From assembly GCA_963792535.1 (NCBI GenBank), contig CAWBWQ010000001.1, positions 192,001-256,000 on the forward strand: a stretch of DNA of 64,000 bases, written 5' to 3'. The position numbers and the translations under genes are program-made. This DNA is from an uncultured Phycisphaerales bacterium. Its GTDB lineage: Bacteria > Planctomycetota > Phycisphaerae > Tepidisphaerales > Tepidisphaeraceae. The notes beneath the pieces were generated by a model. It was not told the origin of the DNA, did not search any database, and saw only the letters and a program-made list of their open reading frames with translations. Below, one piece after another: positions 40,364 through 50,479 of the stretch. Position 1 is the stretch's first letter. The number at the start of each line of letters is the position of its first letter.

Positions 40364-43300
40364 ATGCTCAAAGGCCGTCTCCGGAAGCGTTGTCGTGCGG
40401 TGAACAAGGCTAAAGCTGCACACGCATTGGCATTTGCCGCCGAACCGCTTGAAACCAGGCGTTACTTCAGTCTGGACCTTGCCAATTACATGATGATTGG
40501 CACGCCGCTGCTGTCGCCCGAATACACTACGGCAAGCTTTCGGACGGTTACGGTTGCGCTGGGAGCGACGATTCCGGTCGATGTACAGATCGAAGGCATT
40601 GCCGCCGCTGCCATGCCGACGCCTACCGGCACAGTCACCATCACCTGGCATGCAAGTCCCAGCACCAGTTCGACCGTGTCCCTGACTGGGATTGGAGGCA
40701 CCGGCGGATTCGCACTGATCCAAACGGCAATATTCAGGAGGTTTCACAGGCAAGCGCGCAAATCACACTGCCGGTGACAGGCAGCGAAGACCAATATGTT
40801 CAGCAGGGATTGAACTATTTTGATGCCTCTTATAGCGGCGATTCGAACTACGCGCCCAACACCGCGCGCGGAATATTTTTCGTCGACTTTAACAGTAAAA
40901 GTCAGCTCGCTTTCACCACCAACCCGCCGAATGTTGCCCCTGGCAGCACTGCTGCAGCGCCGGTGCAGGTGGCGGTTGAAGACGGCAGTGGTGCTGTGCT
41001 GAGCAGCGCTTCAGACATCATCCAGATCGAGGCGATCGACGCACAAGGCAACACCGTTACAGCCAACACGGTGCAGGCAGCCAACGGGTTGGCCTCTTTC
41101 GATCTCTCCACAGTATTTCTTGCCCCACTTACTGCTGGAACTTACACGCTGAAGGCGACTGACAATGCCAGCGGCGCGACCGCGGTCAGCATGCCGTTCA
41201 CTATCGGCGCGGAACCACTGATGTTCCAGAATCAGCCCACTACAACTGTCGCGGGGAAAGCAATTCAGCCGCCGGTGACCGTTGCGGTGCTGAACAGCGC
41301 AGGCAATCCGGATCCGAGCGCCTCGGGTTCAGTGACCCTTTCGCTTATGAGCACCTCGCGTTTGAATGTTTCCACCGGCACTTTAAGTGGCACGTTGACA
41401 CAGCCGCTTGTGGGCGGTGTGGCCACTTTCGGTGACTTGTCGGTTTCCGCAAATGGCACATATCAGTTGCAGGCAACGGATACCCTGGGCGATCCGGCTG
41501 TCTCTTCCCACAAATTCAAGGTTGGATCGAGCGCGCTGATGCTGGACATCACCAGCCGGGCTCCGGGCGGGCCCAAGGGTGTAAAAACCGGCGATGTGAT
41601 CTTGTACAGCGTGCTGGAAACCGCCAGGAAAGCAGTGCAGAGCGGGGTGCTGGTCGTCACGCTGCCAACGGGTTTTGTTCCGCATGGGATCTCCGGTGGC
41701 GGGTTTTTCTCCGGCAACACGATCACCTGGACCGCCAATGCCCGCGTTTATAACTTTGACATGACGGTCCCTGCCGCAACGGTGTTGAACGGCATCAAGA
41801 ACATCACGGTGACCGGCGACGACAACGTCATCTATGCCGATACCACAACCGATGAAGCCAAAGACACCAATGTGGTAAAGCTCGCCACTTCATTCGAGGT
41901 GGACGGCACGCTCAATGATGGCATCTTCCGTTTTCCAAGGATTGGCAAAGTCGTGGTCAGTTCTCCACTGGCCGGCGTGACGGTGAATCTGATCGACAGT
42001 ACCGGCGCGATGATTGACAGCGTCGTCACGCGGGGAAATGGTAAGTTCACCCTGACGAGCAAGACCGACGGAACTTACACGGTCCAGTTTGTAACCAATG
42101 CCGACATGTATTCGACGGCTGCAAACGGCATTTCCAATCTGCGCATCTACGCGGGTCAAACGGTGGTGATACCGCCGTCCAATACAAGTCCGATCGAGCT
42201 GGGCAAACTGGTTTTGCCGAAAACTTTTTTCAATACCTCATCGGGCATTCTCGAGAGCATGAACAACTACAAGACCAGCGGGTTTCAAAGCCTGGCGAGT
42301 TTTGACATCGACCTTTTCAAGTTTGATACCACCGGCGCTGAAGCTGCCTTGAGTGCGCTCGCGGGTACTGCGGCAAACCCCGCGCCATTGATGAACGCCA
42401 TGGCACTTCAACCAGGTGCCGCACCGATCCATGGGTCGCCGCCATGCGCATGATGGCGGGGCTGTATGGCGTTCACGCTCGATTCCTCGATGCATTCAAA
42501 CTGGTCGACCTGAGCGGCAAGGCGCTGGCTGTGACGTTGTCGGTTGAGTTTGTGAAAAAGCTGCAAAAGTCGGTCGCGGCGTTCAGCCAGGCGAACCCGG
42601 GTGCGGCGGCGTGGAAAATAAGTTCACCCATCACCCAGAGCGCCACCAGCCAGGCACTATCGCAGGCGGCGCCGCGTTGCGTTTTTCACATCGCTGGGAT
42701 TGGTCGTTTCGTCGAGTTTCGATGTGATCGCAGCACTTTTTAAGGTGCCTGCCAAGTACAAAGGTCCGACGATCGCGGCGATTTTCAGCACCTTGCGCTA
42801 CGGCTATGACATGCTCACCGGTGAAAAGCTGCTGGACGACCTGGGATTTGAAGCTGTCTTCAATCTGGTTCGGCTGTCGCTTGATGTGTCGCTGCTGAAC
42901 GGTTTTGCAGGCGTTCGGATCCGTCCGGACCTGGGCGCTATTTATACAGCCATTTTATCCGTGCCAGCTTTGACCGGCGCGGTTGCCGCCGGCGTCGTGC
43001 CGACATCACAGGATGTGATCGATGCCTGCGTGAATAACCGCATCGGGTACGACGCGAACACCGACACCAACCAGGTGCTGTCCACTCTGGACTCCTATAC
43101 CGACCAGGTCCACCTGAGGGCGATCAGGGAATTGGCCTCTGCTTCTGCAATCAACTCCATCAGCAGTGTGATCCGCGGCGGTGACGGAACGTTGTTCCTG
43201 CTGAGCCGGGCGAAGGGCGCTTACAGCAGCGGGTTGCTCGGCAGCGGTCAGAAATTACTGCAGAAAACACTCTCCGTCGCTGAGGCAGACCTCAAGCTGA

Positions 43301-44301
43301 TGGTGGGCGTCGGCGCTAAAGCCCTGTCTTCGGAATTATTAGTGCCAACGCTGCTCAGTGGAGCAATCGGTTTGCTTGACCAGTTGAACGCGACTCAATT
43401 TGTCGCCAACATCGTGCAGATCGGATCCACGGGGACGTCGGAGATTCACACCATCAATTCGCCGCATGCAACAATTAGCACCATGCCGACGCTCGTGCCA
43501 GCGCTGGGGCCAATGTTGGCGTCACCCGCGGATTTGGTGCAACACCCTGTGCTGCAGTCCAGCGCGGCTGTCGCATCGACTGATGGATCAATTTATCTTG
43601 CCGACCTGACCCAGCTGGCGAGTCTGGTTAAGAAAGCAGATACAGCAGGCATCACCACGCTGTACCCGCAGTTGCTCATCGACGGGCAGGCGCTGTTCAG
43701 CAACGATCTTGTGCTTCTGGACAAACAGGCAACGGCGGTTTTGCCGCAGATTGGAGCCGAAGTTGTCAGGAAGGTAAGCGCTTTTGACAGCCAGCTGAAT
43801 CTCGCGCTAAATTCGTCGGTCTACGCTTCAGAACAGCTCGACCTGTGGGGATTCAGCCCATCCGATGGAGATCCCACTGCGGTCATTCGGCAGATTAATC
43901 TGACGATCGCCACGGTAAAGGCAGCTGTGAACGACGCTGCGGGAATTCGTGCCGCCATCGCGGTGTTAAGTGTGCCCGTTGCGCTGGATATCGCCGAAAC
44001 CAGCGTGCCGACAAATGTCTCAGCGGGAAGCATGCAGACGTTTACCTTCACAGTAACCAACGTTGGCAGCCAGCTGTCTTCTGACGGAACGATTACTTTC
44101 AGCAATGCCGACGGATCGATCATCCTCGCAACACCAGCCGCCATGGTGCTGCCCGCCTTGCGCACTGGCGCGTCCGCGGTCATTACCTGGCAGGCACAGG
44201 TCGTCGCCCCGCCCGATGCCCGTTTTGGAAGTGCGTATCAAGTGGATGCAGTCGCCGGCGATCTGACCACAAGTCTTTCGGACAGCGTTCAGGTCGGATG
44301 A
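40364..44301 (+). CDS. Large secreted planctomycete-type protein with Ig-like domains (~1310 aa; three apparent frameshifts)
   Basis: AEPLETRRYFS N-terminal motif; TPTGTVT/ASYSGDSNY Ig motifs; frames join near 40710, 42421 and 42672; C-terminal FTVTNVG..LPAL.TGAS CARDB-like domain. Confidence 0.75.
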
Positions 44302-44463
44302 TGCTCGTGGCGGTCGAAGGCGCGGCCCAAGGCTTTCCCAGGCCCGTGCGGTCGCGCGAGCTGCGGTAGCATGTACATCTTCGGCTTTTAATCATAAAAT
44401 GGCAGTGTTAGATGGGTGCGAAGGATTCGTGCCTGCCCGGGCGTGTTTCACTCTGGAGATTGC

Positions 44464-45714
44464 ATGATCGTGCGTCGCAAAACGCGGAAAGTGACCCTTG
44501 GGGATGCCGCCCACGGATTCGTCAGTATTGGCGGGGACTCGCGGGTGTCGGTCCAATCGATGACAGCAGGTTACACCTTTGAGATCGACCGCTGCGTGGC
44601 TGAGATCCACAAACTGGCAGCCGCCGGCGCGGATATGGTGCGCGTGGCAGTTCCTGAAAAGAAAGACACCGCTGCCCTGAAGGAAATCCTGCCGCAGGTG
44701 TCGGTGCCGATTGTGGCGGATGTGCATTTTCATTTTCAACGGGCGCTGGAAGCCATCGACGCGGGCATTCATAAGATCCGGCTGAATCCGGGCAATATCA
44801 ACGACAAAGCCCAGGTGATTGATGTCATTCAGGCTTGCAAGGCGAAGAAAATCCCGATCCGGATTGGCGTCAATGAAGGGTCGATCGTCGAGCGCAAAGA
44901 CAAACAGAAGCGGCTCAAGGAACTGGGCGGTGTGTTCTCCGAGAACAAGCACGGCCACTTTCTGGCGATCATGATTACCAAGCTGGAAGAGTACCTGGAA
45001 ATCTTCCACGAGCAGGATTTTCATGACATCGTTATCAGTGCCAAGAGCATCGATCCGCTGATTGTGATCGATGCTTATAAGGCCATCAGCGAGCGTTTCG
45101 ACTATCCCCTGCATCTGGGCGTGACGCATGCGGGGCCGAAGGAAACCGGGACCATTCGATCGGTGGTGCCGCTGGGTCATCTGCTGGCCAGCGGGATCGG
45201 CGACACGATTCGCATCAGCTATGCCAACGATCCGGTGTATGAAGTGCAGGACGGCCTGGAATTGATGTACATCCTGGGGCTTCGCACGCGAATCGGCGCT
45301 GAATTAATCGCCTGCCCGAGTTGCGGGCGGATCCAGGTGGATCTGTTCAAGCTGGTTCAAGACGTGCGCAAGCAACTCGAAAATGAGATCAGCCTGCCGA
45401 TCAAAGTTGCCGTGATGGGCTGCATCGTGAACGGTCCGGGTGAAGCCGAGGGAGCCGACGTGGCTATTTTTGCAGGCGACCGAAAGGGCATCATCTACGT
45501 GCAGGGTGAGCGGGTGGCGAATGTTCCCGAAGCGGACATCCTTTCGACACTGCTGGACGAATGCCGGAAGTTCCAGGCGAAGGTGGAACGCGGCGAGGCC
45601 AAACTGGGTGAGAAAAAAGTGGATATCCTCCCCCCCGATCCCATCGGCGAATTGGGCAGCGGATGGGAAAAGATCCAGCGGGAGAAGAGCAAAGCGCTGC
45701 CGGTTTTGTCCTGA
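44464..45714 (+). CDS. ispG: (E)-4-hydroxy-3-methylbut-2-enyl-diphosphate synthase
   Basis: SVQSM, IRLNPGNI, RIGVNEGS, PLHLGVT, CPSCGR, VMGCIVNGPGE. Confidence 0.95.
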   Translation: MIVRRKTRKVTLGDAAHGFVSIGGDSRVSVQSMTAGYTFEIDRCVAEIHKLAAAGADMVRVAVPEKKDTAALKEILPQVSVPIVADVHFHFQRALEAIDAGIHKIRLNPGNINDKAQVIDVIQACKAKKIPIRIGVNEGSIVERKDKQKRLKELGGVFSENKHGHFLAIMITKLEEYLEIFHEQDFHDIVISAKSIDPLIVIDAYKAISERFDYPLHLGVTHAGPKETGTIRSVVPLGHLLASGIGDTIRISYANDPVYEVQDGLELMYILGLRTRIGAELIACPSCGRIQVDLFKLVQDVRKQLENEISLPIKVAVMGCIVNGPGEAEGADVAIFAGDRKGIIYVQGERVANVPEADILSTLLDECRKFQAKVERGEAKLGEKKVDILPPDPIGELGSGWEKIQREKSKALPVLS

Positions 45715-45724
45715 TGGAGGCCAG

Positions 45725-46387
45725 ATGACAATCGCAGATTTGCCAGTTCGGTCAGCTGCAGTTGAGGGAAATGAGCCTCAGCGGTTTGTTTTCAGCGATG
45801 TGGACTGGGCTTTCTACGAGAGCGTCGGCGAAAAACTTGCCGATCGCAGGGTCTTCGTGACTTACTACAAGGGAAAGCTGGAAGTCGTGACTGTTTCTAT
45901 CCTGCACGAAAGAATTTGCGAACTTCTGGTAATTCTTATCCGTGTCATGGCTGAGGAGACATCAATGCCCATCCAAGGCGTGGGCATGACCACATTGCGG
46001 CGGATGGATTTGGACGCCGGCGTCGAGCCGGACAGCAGTTTCTACACGACTCATGAGCTGCACATGCGCGGCAAAACGGACTTGGACTTGGCGATCGACC
46101 CACCGCCGGATCTGGCGATTGAAGTTGAAGTGACCCACCGTCTTGGGGCGCACAAGTCAATCTATCGCGAACTGGGCGTGCCGGAAGTGTGGGTCTATTC
46201 ATCGAAAGGCCTTAGCGTTCTGGTCCAGAAAAACGATGCATACGTTACAGTGGATCGCAGCCCGACATTTCCAATGATTTCGCCTCACGAGATCACCGGG
46301 TTTATCACCTCCGGGCTGCATGAGGACCAGACGGCGTTCTCCAAAGCATTTCGCCGACGGGTTCAGCAAGCCATTGCCCAGGACTGA
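45725..46387 (+). CDS. Uma2 family (DUF820) endonuclease-fold protein
   Basis: EPDSSFY, PPPDLAIEVEVT, YRELGVPEVW; GGAGG RBS. Confidence 0.88.
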   Translation: MTIADLPVRSAAVEGNEPQRFVFSDVDWAFYESVGEKLADRRVFVTYYKGKLEVVTVSILHERICELLVILIRVMAEETSMPIQGVGMTTLRRMDLDAGVEPDSSFYTTHELHMRGKTDLDLAIDPPPDLAIEVEVTHRLGAHKSIYRELGVPEVWVYSSKGLSVLVQKNDAYVTVDRSPTFPMISPHEITGFITSGLHEDQTAFSKAFRRRVQQAIAQD

Positions 46388-46391
46388 ACCT

Positions 46392-46715
46392 ATGCAACGA
46401 ATCGCCTTTCTCATCCGCGTTCGTCCTGAAAAACTCACCGAATATCTCAAGCTACACAATCCCATCTGGCCCGAGTTGGCTGCTGAACTGAAAGCCTCGG
46501 GCATCCGCAATTACTCGCTGTGGCTGCGGCCCGACGGCACCGAATTCGGTTATCTTGAATGCGACAACTGGCAGGCAAGTTGCGATTATCTTGCCAAAAG
46601 CGAAGTGCACACCCGTTGGCAGAACCTTATGAAGGATTTCCTGCTGACGCCAACCGACGGCGCTTTTGGCGGTCAGCCGGTGGAGATGCTGGAGCAGTCG
46701 TTTTTGATGGAGTGA
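46392..46715 (+). CDS. rhaM: L-rhamnose mutarotase family protein
   Basis: EYLKLHNPIWPE, GIRNYSLW, RWQ..M. Confidence 0.8.
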   Translation: MQRIAFLIRVRPEKLTEYLKLHNPIWPELAAELKASGIRNYSLWLRPDGTEFGYLECDNWQASCDYLAKSEVHTRWQNLMKDFLLTPTDGAFGGQPVEMLEQSFLME

Positions 46716-46726
46716 TAGCTCGCGCG

Positions 46727-47144
46727 CTATCGCAAAAAAAGACCTGTCTGCAACCCGAAAAAGTCCGACAGTCGAATAATCGCCGGCTTGCTCCAGTCCC
46801 TCCGCCCATTGATCATGTCACTGAGAGAACTCTGCGATATTTCGATTTTCTTCGCTAATGCGTTTATGCTTAATCCGCGTTCTTTAAGCAAATGGAGCAC
46901 GATCTGGGCCGCGGTCACTTTTGATGTGTCCAATCGCAAACCAGCTGATCGCTCATAATCGGCGATAAGGGAAACCAGGATCGTTTTGTAATCCCGTATC
47001 GGAGCGCTCTCTCCTGCCAGCAAGGCTGCGAAGCATTTTCAGTGCCTGCTTATGTGCCGAAACCGTGCGAATGGGGCGCAGGGGGAATGTCAGGATCAGC
47101 TCGAAATATGCGTCGTTTGGAACCTTTGAAAGTATAGCTGCCAT
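46727..47144 (-). CDS. higA: HigA-type antitoxin (XRE HTH; frameshift ~47008)
   Basis: FPLRPIRT...LIADYE...ISQSSLSDMINGRR...LSDFF; starts just after the higB stop. Confidence 0.85.
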
Positions 47145-47146
47145 AT

Positions 47147-47455
47147 TCAGTACCGCGCTTTCCAAGAGTTCTTATCGTATTCAGCATGCGTCAAAACATC
47201 GAGAATCTCAATTAATCCCGCATCAAAATCGATTGAAGTCAACAGCCGGTATTCATTCCCCTTAACATTAAAGACCGTGACAACAAGCATACTTTTTAAT
47301 TTGATTCCATCAGCCGAAGGATAGTCGATACGCACCTCGCCCAGACTATGCCATCTTCTTTGTTCGACCGTAGCAACCCATACCGTCAGCCATTTTCGCA
47401 GCGAAGGGTTCCTGCGGCTCATGTTTCGCAGGACATCCTGACCGACAATCGTCAT
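47147..47455 (-). CDS. higB: HigB-family (RelE-like) toxin
   Basis: YPSAD, VFNVKGNEYRL, LTHAEYDKNSW; toxin-first gene order. Confidence 0.9.
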   Translation of the reverse strand: MTIVGQDVLRNMSRRNPSLRKWLTVWVATVEQRRWHSLGEVRIDYPSADGIKLKSMLVVTVFNVKGNEYRLLTSIDFDAGLIEILDVLTHAEYDKNSWKARY

Positions 47456-47490
47456 TATCGCATTATGCGATAACCCGATAATATTTTCAA
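47455..47490 (-). promoter_or_regulatory. higBA promoter/operator
   Basis: TTGAAA-N17-CATAAT-N6-ATG with the palindrome TTATCGCA-TTA-TGCGATAA (47455-47473). Confidence 0.8.
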
Positions 47491-47530
47491 ATCCGGTTGT
47501 TCGATCGAGCCTCGCGGCTAAACTTCTGAC

Positions 47531-48502
47531 ATGAGCATTCGCGTCGGCATTGTCGGTGTTTCAGGCTACGGCGGCGGTGAGGTTCTGCGCCTCTGTGCAA
47601 CCCATCCTGCTTTTAACGTTGTCTACGTTGCCGGGGAATCAAGTGCTGGTTCACCTTTGTCTGAGAAATTCCCGGGCATTGGGTCGCTCGGCGATTTAAA
47701 GATTTCCAAATGGGATCCTGCTGCTTTGCCGCAGTTGGATGTGCTGTTTGCCTCGCTGCCTTCTGGACAATCCAAAGAAGCTTTGGCGAAGGTTTCGCAG
47801 GACACAAAAATCGTCGACATCGGCGGGGATCATCGTTTTGTGGACGGGTGGACCTACGGGCTGGCCGATGTCTGGCCGGAGAAGATCATCGGCAAAACCC
47901 GCATTGCCAACCCCGGTTGTTATCCTTCGGCAGCGTTAACCGCCATCGCGCCGCTGGTGGCAGCGGGGATTGTTCGATCGGACGCACCGTTGATCATCGA
48001 CGCCAAGAGCGGTGTCAGTGGCGCGGGACGCGGCGGGGGGGCGACGTTTGGTTTTGCCGATGTGAATGAAGACGTTGCCGCGTATGGCCTGGGCAAACAC
48101 GCCCATGTGCCGGAGATTGCCGCCACGTTAAATTCATTGAGCAAGCATGGCGATTTGAGCATCACGTTTACACCGCACCTCATTCCCATGACGCGCGGGA
48201 TCCTGGCGACCTGCTACGCCGCTGGCACCGCAACGACTGAACAGTGCCTGCTAATCGCCCGCGCTTTTTACAAAGACAGCCCCTTCGTTCGCGTGGTCGA
48301 CAAACCGCCGCACACCAAATGGGCGCTGGGTTCGAACCTGGTGTTTATCTCCTATTCGGTGACCGGCGCAGGCCCGATCATCGCGATGGGAGCGATCGAC
48401 AATCTCGGCAAAGGCGCCGCCGGTCAGGCTGTCCAGAACGCGAACCTGATCACAGGCCAGCCCGCTACCGCCGGACTGATGGGAGCGCCGCTTTGGCCTT
48501 GA
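47531..48502 (+). CDS. argC: N-acetyl-gamma-glutamyl-phosphate reductase
   Basis: GVSGYGG, IANPGCYP, SGVSGAGR, FTPHLIPMTRGI, IDNLGKGAAGQAVQN. Confidence 0.95.
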   Translation: MSIRVGIVGVSGYGGGEVLRLCATHPAFNVVYVAGESSAGSPLSEKFPGIGSLGDLKISKWDPAALPQLDVLFASLPSGQSKEALAKVSQDTKIVDIGGDHRFVDGWTYGLADVWPEKIIGKTRIANPGCYPSAALTAIAPLVAAGIVRSDAPLIIDAKSGVSGAGRGGGATFGFADVNEDVAAYGLGKHAHVPEIAATLNSLSKHGDLSITFTPHLIPMTRGILATCYAAGTATTEQCLLIARAFYKDSPFVRVVDKPPHTKWALGSNLVFISYSVTGAGPIIAMGAIDNLGKGAAGQAVQNANLITGQPATAGLMGAPLWP

Positions 48503-48580
48503 AGCTATTGCCGCTCGGGCGATTGGCCGACGCAGCGGCTGTCTCCAATTTAAGTAAGGCATTCCCGATAAGCATCACCA

Positions 48581-49342
48581 ATGATCGACACCCATTGCCA
48601 TCTCACGGACACGCGGCTGCAATCGCAACTCAACTTTGTGGTGACGCGGGCAACACTCGCAGGCGTGACCCGGCTGATTACCATCGGAACCGATCTGGCC
48701 GACGATCGGCAATGCGTGGAATTGTGCCAGGGCCGCGAAAACATCCGCTGCGCGGTGGGGGTGCATCCGTCGTATGTTGATGAGGAAAGATTTGAGGATC
48801 TGCCGCAGCTGCGGGAGATCCAGGCAGACGCTTCGGTGATTGCCATCGGGGAAATCGGCCTGGATTATTCGCGGGGAAAAGCCAATCGTCAGCGCCAGAT
48901 TGACTTCCTGCAGTATCAACTTCAGTTGGCGGTTGAGGTGAACAAACCGCTGGTGATTCACAGCCGGGCAGCGGTGGATGATTGTCTGGCGATTATCAGG
49001 GATTTTCCTTCGCTGCGGATGGTCTTCCACTGTTTCACCGGCACGGTCGAAGAAGCCCGCCGCGTCCTCGAAGCCGGGCATTTACTGGGCTTCACCGGTG
49101 TTGTGACGTTCAAGAATCCCGGTGAACTGCGCGAGGTGGTGGCACTGACACCGCTCGATCGCATGCTGATTGAGACCGACGCTCCGTATCTCACGCCTGA
49201 ACCGATGCGCAAGCAGAAAGTGAACGAGCCGGTCCTGGTAACGCATGTGGCAGCAAAGATCGCCGAGATCAAAAAGCTGTCGATCGCCGAAGTGGATTCA
49301 ATTACCACGATGAACGCAAGCCGGCTGTTCGGCTGGCCGTGA
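48581..49342 (+). CDS. tatD: TatD family hydrolase
   Basis: DTHCHL, GVHP, IGEIGLDY, IHSR, HCF, ETDAPYL. Confidence 0.92.
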   Translation: MIDTHCHLTDTRLQSQLNFVVTRATLAGVTRLITIGTDLADDRQCVELCQGRENIRCAVGVHPSYVDEERFEDLPQLREIQADASVIAIGEIGLDYSRGKANRQRQIDFLQYQLQLAVEVNKPLVIHSRAAVDDCLAIIRDFPSLRMVFHCFTGTVEEARRVLEAGHLLGFTGVVTFKNPGELREVVALTPLDRMLIETDAPYLTPEPMRKQKVNEPVLVTHVAAKIAEIKKLSIAEVDSITTMNASRLFGWP

Positions 49343-49466
49343 ACGTTTTGCCAAGTGTGCAGTAAACTGCAAATGTATGTCTCACGACCGACTGAGCGTT
49401 ACAAGCATCAACCTGCAGGACAATGCTGCCAGTGAGGCGCGAATTTGATCGTCACTCTGACCCGAT

Positions 49467-50243
49467 TTACTCCGCGTGCTTGATGTGGTGTTCGGTGAAC
49501 GCCAGCGCGATGCCGTAAAGCGTTAGATCCGGCGCGACGGCGTGTACAAGTTCCCAACCGCCGAAGAGCTTTTCAGCGTCGCCGCCGGTGGTGATGAGGT
49601 CCGGCCAGGTGCCGAGTTCTGTGGCGTAGCTTTCAACCAGTTCTTTAACCATGCCGCGGATGCCGGTGTAAACGCCCTGCAGGATAGCCGATTGCGTGTC
49701 GCGACCGATTCCCGGAGCGACGGGGGCCTGGAGGGGAATCAGCGGCAGCCTGGCGATTTTGTTATGCAGAACCTCGAGCATCATTGACGCGCCGGGCGCA
49801 ATCGCGCCGCCGAGGAATGCGCCGGTGTCGTCGCAGACGTCGACGGTGAGAGCGGAGCCCGCGTCGGCAACGACGCACGCCTTGCCCATTTGTTCATATG
49901 CGGCCGCGATATTCAGGACGCGATCGACGCCCGTCTCCAGAGGTTTGTCGGTTTTTACCTCGATTGGCAAGTCCAGATCAGGCCCGACCCACTGCACCGT
50001 GGTTCCGGTGGCGAGTTCGGCTGCGTGCTCCACAGCTTCCAAAAGCGGAGGATTGACACTTGCGCCGGCGACGGCGGGATTCTCCGTGTCGGCGATTCGC
50101 GCCCAGGCGTCGGCGATTTTTCCCTGCCAGTCGGCCCGCTGCTCAAGCGAAACCCGCGTGACCGATTCCAATTTGCCAGCCTGAAATACACCGATCGCCA
50201 GACGGGTATTACCGAGATTCAAAACCAAGAGGTTGATGTCCAT
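49467..50243 (-). CDS. coaX: Type III pantothenate kinase
   Basis: NLGNTR, GVDR, DAGSALTVD, GGAIAPG, TGGDA. Confidence 0.9.
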   Translation of the reverse strand: MDINLLVLNLGNTRLAIGVFQAGKLESVTRVSLEQRADWQGKIADAWARIADTENPAVAGASVNPPLLEAVEHAAELATGTTVQWVGPDLDLPIEVKTDKPLETGVDRVLNIAAAYEQMGKACVVADAGSALTVDVCDDTGAFLGGAIAPGASMMLEVLHNKIARLPLIPLQAPVAPGIGRDTQSAILQGVYTGIRGMVKELVESYATELGTWPDLITTGGDAEKLFGGWELVHAVAPDLTLYGIALAFTEHHIKHAE

Positions 50244-50479
50244 GGCACCATGATAGGGGAACAAATATCAAGTATGAAACATCGCCCCCACCTGGCTGCA
50301 AGCGGTTATCGCACCTTTGCAAACGTGCCGGCTTGGTTCCTGTCACGTGGTGGGCATTTCGGAATCGTGGTGCAGCCTCGTTTTTGACTGTATCCAGCCC
50401 GGAAGATTCTTGTACACAACGCTCACTTGCGGTAAACCTACCAACGAACGGATTTTCCGCCGGATACGAGGAACCCATC

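Noticed and set aside
45725..49342. Uma2, higBA and TatD as a defence island
   Set aside because: They are interleaved with rhaM and argC; TatD looks like the housekeeping type, and Uma2 paralogues are commonly scattered
49343..49466. Short ORFs (20-23 aa) between tatD and coaX
   Set aside because: Too short, with no RBS or recognisable motif
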